A stretch of 64,000 bases of DNA from Antedon mediterranea (taxonomy: Eukaryota; Animalia; Echinodermata), in assembly GCF_964355755.1 (NCBI RefSeq), contig NC_092678.1:24197365-24261364 (forward strand), written 5' to 3'. Numbering within the stretch: position 1 is the stretch's first letter; each line of letters begins with the position of its first letter. The position numbers were made by a program, and so were the translations under genes. This document shows positions 47,990 to 64,000 of this stretch, piece after piece. The notes under the pieces are model-generated. The model searched no databases, was not told where the DNA came from, and saw only the letters and a list, made by a program, of their open reading frames with translations.

Positions 47990-49434
47990 TATGCGGATGA
48001 TGGAAGGACTGTCCTGGTTAATGGCATCTGGATGTCAAATAAAGCTCTGTCAAACTGTGTGTCAAAAAATGTGATGTGCCTAAATATGGACATGATGATG
48101 TCATATCACTATCGTATTTGGGCACATCACATAAAGTGTGATAGTGTAGACAGAGCTTAACTCTAGGTTAATGGTGCCTGGATGCTACTGTAACCCTAGG
48201 TTTCAATACCTATACTGACAAAACTATAACTGTATCCTTGCTATTTGATTGGTGAAATATCCTGTGCATTTTTCAAATCCATCGTCAGGACATTTAAAAA
48301 CAACTAATTCATAGCACAATTGATAAAAACATGGTATTTAACTTTTCTAATATTCAGTGTACATTTGTGTGAAAATAGTTAAACAATAATGGTAAACAAA
48401 AAACCAATCATGGAAATTGTAATATGATATACAATGTAGAATACCTATTACTGAACAAATTTAAATATATTGCAACAATTTGTACTTAATCATATTTCAA
48501 CAAAATTACTGTTTCAAACGAATTGTACAAAATTTTGCAATCAAACAAATTTATTTGTCTAAACTATAAAAAAATGTGATATGCCCATATATGGACACGG
48601 TGATGTCATATCACTACCATATTTTTGCACATCACACTAATTTAATTAATATTAAAACAAAATATATCATGCAGGGTATACTGAATGTGAATTTTTCATA
48701 ATGAACAGGGGTCTGATTGTGAGGTAAATCACTTATGCAGCTTAGGAATTCAAATTTGTAACCAAAGTAAAATTACACAGTACTTTTTAAATAGTGTGCA
48801 GTTAATATAAACATTTAAAAATATATATTTTGTTTTCAATAGGTAGCACAAGTAATAGAATTGATTTTTCAAAGTATTTCTTAGTTCAAATAATCTGCCA
48901 ATCCTATTTAATTTGTTTTCTGTACTTTTTTAAGGCAGACATCAAACTTACACAAGAGGTAATCGTTAAATGACTATGGTATCTGTATTTTCAAGGTGTT
49001 AGCAGGCTGCTTATCTTGCAGTGGTTAATTTACAAGCACTTTTCTTAAACTCTGTCTACACTATCAAACTAGTTTTACAAAAAAAGTGTAATGTGCTTAA
49101 ATATGGTAGTGATATGACATCATCATGTCCATATATGGACACATCACATTTTTTGTCACATAAAGTTTGATAGTGTGATGAACCGAGCTTAACAAACGCA
49201 CATTTTGTTTCTATTTACGCAGGGTATACACATTGTGATTATTTATTTTTTAAATGAAATAAAATACATTGGTCTGAAATTTTAGACAGTTCTTTTTATT
49301 GAATACAAAAATAAGAGAGAACAAAAGTTTCTTTTTTGTTAAAGTTCCTGATCACAATAAGAATGTTCTATTGACTCTTTCTCCTTCCTACCCCTTCACC
49401 ATGTTGGTTTTTATCGCCTTATTTATTGTCGGCA

Positions 49435-52089
49435 TCATTGCGCAAGTTTGCTTATATCTTCGTATTGCACTCCATTCACTGTTCTTCCTTTCACTGGTCC
49501 CTGTTTAAAGAAAAGGACACACAACTAAGATTTGATTTGCCATATTTTGTGCTGTTATATGCATGTTTAAATATTTAAAGTTAATTTATATTTCAGTATG
49601 AATACATTGAAAGAACCCTACTGGCCTACACGCAACTAAGATTTGATTTGCCATATTTTGTGCTGTTGTATGCATGTTTAAATATTTAAAGTTAATTTAT
49701 ATTTCAGTATGAATACATTGAAAGAACCCCTACTGGCCTACAGTCCACTGAGAACTATTCTGTATGTATTGCATTTCTCTACTTTAGTAAATAATTCTGA
49801 TTTTCCTACCGAATCTAACTTGACGCTGACACAATATTTGTCGCTGTCCAATGAAAGTAGTGTTGCCTTACATCCTCTGTGTACACCATTCAATATTAGT
49901 ACTTGCTTCCCTAAAAACATAAGAACAAACTTTAGTTCAACTAACTAACTCATTTTAGCCCCATAATAATGTCTTGGTCAAATACTTGTCATTAAAACCA
50001 TAACAGGGATAACTTTGTACCTTCGGCAGGAATGACCGTTTCTACGTGCATCTGGTCAACTTTTATCGTCGTCCCTGAATCTATCATCTTAACAAATCCT
50101 GTGTATAAATCAAGAACTTCCTATAAAAAAAAATAACATTTGTTACGCTTCAGTAGGTTCTTGGAAAACAAAGCTCTGTCTACACTACTGTATAAAACTT
50201 TGTGACAAAAAAATGTAATGTTCCCATATATGGACATGTCATACCGCTACCATATTTGGACACTTTCTTACTTTGATTACCCCTTTCCTTTTATAATATT
50301 TCTCTCCTAATCTCTTAGTGACAACCTTAACCACAATTCCTTTGGCAAGCCAGTAATCTTTTTTGGGATTTTCTGTTTTCTTCTTTTTCTCTTCCATCTA
50401 TAAAAACAAGTGAATTAAAAAATGTTGTGAGATAAAAAAAACACTTTCTTATTATGTATATTTTATTTTTACATGACGTTTTATCCGCCTATTTTTTACT
50501 TGAAATCTTTTGGTCTTCTATCCTCTCACCTCTCTTATTTCCTCTAGAGCAGATTTTTTTCGTTTTCTATCATCTTTTTCTTTCTTTTTGCTCGTTGATG
50601 CAGCCTCGGCTGCCGCCGCTTTTAAGACATTAGTTGATGTTTCGGGCTGAACACTTTCACTCTCAGATTCCTTACTTGATTTTGCTGCTCCAAAATTAAA
50701 AGCAATTTTTTTTTCTTCATCATCGCGTTGCAGATCTGTATACACTGTTTCATTCTGTGACACAATATTAAAAATTGATATTTAATAAATGCCTAAATAT
50801 ATTCAATTTTGTATAGATTTAGATATAAAAACTTTACAATTTTGTTTACTTTGTTCTTCTCCATATCAGAGGCTTTCTCAATTTGTTTCTGAATAAATTT
50901 CTGCATCCTTTCCTCGTCATCTTCTTCAACCTTCTCGCGTTTTTCAAGTAGTTTTTGGCGTGCAAGAGTTTCTGGATCTCTGTCGATATAAGTTATAAAC
51001 CAACCCTTCTCAGTGAGGTCTACAGTCACATGACCTAGGGACAAAATCATAATTATTTTTCAGTTGGCAAAGTTCTCCAGTTTTCCAATTTAATTTATTC
51101 TCGCAAGATACATAATAATGAGAGAAAGTAGAATGCACTTTATGCTGGAAAAACTTAAAAGACCCAAAAAAAAAAAATTAAGCTTAAGCTCTGTCTACAC
51201 TATCAACAAAGAATATGTGATGTGCCCAAGATCACTATCATACTTGGGCACACTTTTTTGTCAAACTAGTTTGATAGTGTAGACAGAGCTTAAGCTTAAT
51301 TTTTTTCTGCTCATTAATAAAGAAAAACTGATAACCTTCTCTGCCAAGCCATTTGACAAAGTCCGTCAATGTTTCCCATTGTGTTGAGGTCATATGTATG
51401 TGCTCTCTATCCTGAATGTACTCATTGTAAATAACATTAGAATGGATACGTCTAGTTCCAAATCGACGCTTTAACAGCTCCATAAAACCATCAAAAAACT
51501 CCCTAAAAATACAAAGAAGATCATTATTTCTAGACTGTTTCAATGAAGTAGACTCTTTTTTTACAGCTTTACATACAAATCTGTAGCTGTTCTTCCCACC
51601 TGCCCTAACTTTCTTAAATTGCAACAAAAATGCATGTTTTCAAGTTTTATTTATTGTTACATACTCTGAGAAGTAGTCGAGATATTTATCTGGATTTTCA
51701 GCAAATAAGAGAAGTTGTCGCTGGTGAGACTCGGACATCGTGTGACATTTGAACCCATTCTGAAACAAATAAATTATACAATGCATTTAATGATTTTAAT
51801 TCACTTAATTAAATGATAAACAATCTCATTAAGGTCAAATAGGATTAATATAATATATTGAAGAATAGTGGATTTTGTTTCACATTAAAATTCAATAGTA
51901 CTGCCTTTGATCAGGGAAGAGTTCCCTGCTGTGATAGAAAATTTACAATGGTGGAAGATGTAAACAGGAACTGACCTCATCTCTACATTGCTTTTGACAC
52001 ATCTGACAATACCATCGCAACTTCTGCAGTCCTTTTGCTTTTATCCGATTTGCAATTGCTTTTGGGGTCAGAAATCCATTCTTCGGCAT
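49435..52089 (-). CDS. KIN: DNA/RNA-binding protein KIN17
   Basis: Starts MPKNGFLTPKAIANRIKAKGLQKLRWYCQMCQKQCRDE|NGFKCHTMSESHQRQLLLF. Also HIHMTSTQWETLTDFVKWLGREG, GWFITYIDRDPET, DQMHVETVIPA, and YEDISKLAQ* (stop at 49437-49435). Confidence 0.96.
49522..49741. repeat. ~111-bp tandem duplication in the last KIN intron
   Basis: CAACTAAGATTTGATTTGCC...CTACTGGCCTACA starts at 49522 and 49633. Confidence 0.93.
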
Positions 52090-52483
52090 ATTTTCTAAGA
52101 ACCTAAAGAAGTATTAATATAACATATTACATAACTTACATAGGATAATAGATAGCGCCTATACAATACAATGGAATGCTCCATAAATACGATGAAATAA
52201 AAAATAATGCACAATCATTGACAAATTTGTTTAAAAATCAAAAACTGAATCTAAAGAAATTGTTATGCTAAATATAAGTAAAAATGATAGATTAGATTAG
52301 TTGTCCGATTTCTAGGCCCATGCCAGTATGTTCAGTCAACTATTCTCTCGCGGCCTCTCGTCGTTGTTCTTGGCCAAACATATCCGTAAAGTAAACTGTC
52401 TGATAGGCCTAGCGTTTTTTTTATTTTAAACTAATAATTTGTCAAAAAACATCATATTATCTTATAATCTACAGTCACCAATC

Positions 52484-52776
52484 TTACCCTTTGTAGGTAA
52501 CCAAACGTGTAGTTCAAAATGATACGCTGGGATAACGTTTTCTGTTGTTTTTTAGAGTAAATAAAATTTCACGTAAAAAAGTATTCGTTTTGTAAATACA
52601 CCACAGCAGATACGAAAGTATGGAACTTACTACGGAAACGAGCGTAGTAACCGCGTTGGGTCATTTCGGTTTCGTTGTTACTATCACCCTACCAAAACAA
52701 CATTGTTTTGCCGGTTTTCTTCTCGCTTGACCGAATTTTATATTGTTTGTTTCCAAGCAACTTCTGCCTTAAAATG
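52484..52776. promoter_or_regulatory. Probable bidirectional promoter and non-coding first exons of KIN (-) and ALG10 (+)
   Basis: Divergent donors (reverse-strand GTAAG at ~52486, plus-strand GTAAGT at 52776) ~290 bp apart around a locally CpG-richer segment. Confidence 0.6.
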
Positions 52777-53249
52777 TAAGTCACAGACATAAAACCTTAA
52801 TATTTTAGTTAAGTTAAGTATACTATGAGCATCATATTGTAAAAGTATCATAAAAAATAAACGGTTTGCTGTGATATAAATTAGCAGGTGTGTAGGCTAG
52901 CCCGAGGTGGTCATGTGCATTTAATTTGTTGTTCACTGAAAAAGTCTTCCTCCCTGCGGGTGCATCTCTGTTGGTTTGGGCTTAGCCTTAGCATAGGTTA
53001 TTTACTGTGTTATACTATACTAGGCCTATATATAAATCAGTGCTCCTGGAAGTATAGAAAAAACAGACTGCACTTACATTATACCCATTATATAAAGAAA
53101 GAAAGGTTCCAACAATTTTAATGACTTTGTTTTTTTAATTTCAAATATTTTTATTTTTACCTCCGTGAATGATTAATTAGTATAGTATTGAGTGTAGGTA
53201 CTGTGCAAATTGTCTGTTATTAAAAATCATTTTTCCTATCTTTCAGATA

Positions 53250-55256
53250 ATGCCGATAACCAAGAAGAAAGAAAGCAACGTTACAGGCTATTTAGCATCT
53301 TTTTGCTTCTTTATACCAACACTAGCAGTTTTTCTTTGGTTTAGAAATGTTCAACCAACACCATATATGGATGAGATATTTCACGTCCCACAGGCTCTTA
53401 ATTATTGTAACGGGTCATATGACAAGGTAAACACACTTTTGATGTAATCAGTTTGTCAGTGATTTCACAAAGAGAATTGCCACATAAATAAACACATATC
53501 TGTACCATATAGAGCTATAGTGAATAATATAATTATTAATAATATATTATAATACTATCTCTATGTCTGTACATACCCCAGGTACATCGTAGAGATATTA
53601 TAGTGAACTATAATATATTTATGGGTACATACATAGAGAACGGCCTGGCATGCTTTTGTACACCAAAATATTAAAATGTATGTAAAACCAACAAACTATT
53701 GAACAATTAGAATTAGAGCTCTTAGAAATCGGCACAGTCATTGTCTAATCTATAGTTTTAATTTATTTTCTTTAGTGGGATCCAATGATCACAACATTGC
53801 CAGGACTGTACATCGTATCTGTGACATTACTAAGGCCATTGTCATATCTTACAAAGATGGACGTTGCCGACATTTGTGACATTTCTCTTTTACGTGCTAC
53901 TAATATTTTATTCACTGTTGGCAATCTTTGGTTTCTATATCGATTGCAGAAGCGAATTAACAAATATGAGAGGGTAAGTAATATGCTTTGTTGCAGGGCT
54001 CACTTTAGTAAAGTACTGTATAATTTACCAACCTAGAGTTGTACATAGTAAAGTCAACTGTGGGTTAGCCAAGTTCATCTAAAATGACATGTAGGCGATA
54101 CGAATTCAACTGTTGAGGAAAACGAACTTTGATGCGTTTCTGATCTTATTTTCCTCCCTTATTTTTTTAAGTTTAAACATTTGGAAATAACCAAAATTAT
54201 TTTTTTTCATTTCAGAACATTTCTAACTCAAGATACATAATGACAGCAGTGAACTTGGCAAGCCTGCCGCTCTTGTACTTCTTCACGTTCCTTTACTACA
54301 CGGATGTCGGGTCAACGTTCTTCATCTTGCTCATGTATTTGCGCTATCTTGAAGAGCGCCACGTTTCGTCCGCAATCTTTGGAGCTTGCGCAATCATGTT
54401 TAGACAAACAAACATCGTGTGGGTGGTATTTATTGCTGGTATCATTGTAGCTAGGGAGGTTGAAAAGAGTACTAAGTTAGAATCACATATTACACATTCG
54501 TTTGTGCTTCATTCCATCACTACAGCCATTATGTCTGTGCTTACCCATATACACAAAGTACCCAACTTTATGTTTCTTTTCATTCTATTGTCGCCTTATT
54601 TAATTTTAATGTGCGGATTTGCCATATTTATTTACGTAAATGACGGAATAGTGGTTGGTGATCGTACAAGTCACCAAGCTGTACTAAACTTCCCTCAAAT
54701 ATTTTATTTCTTTAGTTTTACGTTAGGTTTAGGAGTACCCTTCCTGATTACACCCAGTAAAGTAATCGCTTTTCTAAAAGCATGTTTACGTAATATATTT
54801 ATTCTAGCTATACTCATAGCAATATCTGTTGCTCTTATTACGAATTTCACATATGTGCACACGTATCTGCTCGCTGATAATCGCCACTACACATTCTACG
54901 TGTGGAAGAACGTGTTCAGTCGGCATGAGTTTGTTAGGTTCGCTCTTATACCGATGTACCTATATGCTGGGTGGAGCATGTTCGATTCTATCGATACCGA
55001 ACCAGGGACATACCTTTTTAAAATAGTGTTTTTTATATGTATTATGGCATCAACAGTACCTCAGAAGCTAATGGAATTCAGGTATTTTATTATTCCCTAC
55101 CTACTAGCCAGGCTTCATATGAGAACCGGTAGCTATGTTCAAATTGGTGCTGAGTTTATACTTTATCAGACTATTAATGTTGTTACTCTTTATTTATTTG
55201 CATATAAACCATTCACCTGGCCTCAGTCAAATGATATTCAAAGGTTTATGTGGTGA
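53250..55256 (+). CDS. ALG10: Dol-P-Glc:Glc2Man9GlcNAc2-PP-Dol alpha-1,2-glucosyltransferase (DIE2/ALG10 family)
   Basis: Exons 53250-53426, 53776-53973, 54216-55256. Motifs PYMDEIFHVPQA..YC, WDPMITTLPGLY, FFTFLYYTDVGS, RQTNIVW, GIVVGDR, HTYLLADNRHYTFYVW, PQKLMEFRYFIIPY, QRFMW*. Confidence 0.96.
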
Positions 55257-56177
55257 TGTTGAATGTAATCCCATGGGCTTAACAAGAAAACGTTCATTTC
55301 AAAATTTGCTTTTCTTTAAGATACAAAAAATGTCATTTTATTAATTTACATTTTATAAGCAGCTAATAAATTTTGAAATATTATTTCAGAAAAAGCTAAT
55401 AAGTAGTTTTAACTTAACTTAAGATTCGCTATAAACTCATAAGAAAGCTATATCATATGGGAACAAAATGTGTATGGATTGAGAGGTTGTTGAGGTTGAT
55501 TTAATTGTGTTTTTATTTGACTGTAATAGAGCTATTGTTTTGAACTTTTACACCCAGCCACTGCCAATTCATTTTGTTTGATTGTTAGGTTTACAGGTTG
55601 CTATATGTCGTTTGATTGACTTTTATTTAGAAATGAATAATTATTTTAGATGTAATGTTTTTTTAGAATAGTTCATCTTATGGCAAATAAAAAAGAAAGT
55701 ACATTTGGGAATCTTTCTTTCAAAACATCTAGTTTATTTGCAGTTTTAAAGTATTGACTGTGCTTTTTAACTGGGGAAAATGCTACTTAATAATCTTTCT
55801 TTGTGTAATGCATGATATTTCAAAATAAAATGAAAACAATGTGCTTAAAAAAGTATTTTTTTGCTTGTACAGTACCATGGATCTATCATGCTTATACAGT
55901 ACAAACTACTGTAGTACAGTAAATGTTGTTTTTGACTCCGCCCCTTTCTGGTCACCGATTTCATCTAATTTGACGTCATATCAAGTTAAAGTGGGCGTGT
56001 CTTTCTTCTCACAAACGTACACATGCGCAGTTGTGTTGTTGTGTTTTTGAGATCCTGGAATGTGTTTGGGAATTATGTGTCATGAGTGAAATATAATGTG
56101 TATTTTTAGAGGAAAGTGATTGCAACAGAACATAAAAACATTTTGTGTTTACTATTTGAAGTGAAAAGACTACAATA

Positions 56178-63606
<7,429 letters not shown>

Positions 63607-63734
63607 GTATGTGAAGTATTTTTACCCTACTTTTGTGTTTCTCAAAATGACAATGAGATTTGATAAGTTTCTTAATAATTTTTCTTGTGTTGGTTTAATT
63701 TTATTTTATTTTTCGGTATAAAAAAAAACATATA

Positions 63735-64000
63735 CCGTATTGTTCCTAATAAACGCCCCCGGGGCGTTGCATTTTTTAAAAAGGGCGGGCGTTTGTTAGA
63801 GGTGAAATGTAAAAATCATAAATAGGGCCTAGGCTAGGCCTATATGAGGCCTACCTAGCCTAGGCCTAGGCCTATATGAGGCCTACCTAGCCTACCCTAA
63901 ACAAGTTGCTTCAGACGGTCAATCAATGTTTTTTTGGGTGTGCAACAAATATATTCATAGGGTACCTCCAAACCCCCTGCTATGCTACTGTGCCTGCGTT
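63735..64000. mobile_element. Left end of a probable Tc1/mariner (pogo-like) element, continuing beyond the window
   Basis: TA|CCGTATTGTTCCTAATAAACGCCCCCGGGGCGTT...GGGCGTTTGTTAGAG resembles CCGTA-type TIRs after a TA site. The other end is not visible. Confidence 0.55.

Overview
AT-rich, intron-rich animal genomic DNA. It is probably from an invertebrate deuterostome such as an echinoderm; this is inferred from protein similarity and repeat content and is not proven. Eight spliced protein-coding genes can be reconstructed: the 3' part of MON2 (+, to 16160), a secreted PAN/apple plus three-Link-module protein (-, 22345-25247), ACTR8/Arp8 (+), NAPE-PLD (-), AASS (+), KIN17 (-), ALG10 (+), and the 5' part of a copine (+, runs off the window). 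Introns are full of Harbinger-type MITEs, other DNA transposons, LINE/SINE fragments and young minisatellites. All the very long ORFs in the supplied track are minisatellite artefacts. Most notable: (1) a 51-bp exon-end-plus-donor array giving AASS seven in-frame 5' splice sites; (2) the PAN-Link-Link-Link gene, with a C-type lectin exon trapped antisense between perfect 33-bp inverted repeats in its intron; (3) a 2A ribosome-skip motif in an intronic LINE remnant; (4) candidate microexons in the long MON2 intron; (5) a 2.5-kb TTAA-flanked Kolobok-like element with two convergent spliced skeletons and no recognisable ORF; (6) a ~28-copy Pol III B-box array; (7) TAGGCCTA clusters marking first introns. 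No database searches were possible, so family names come from recalled motifs.
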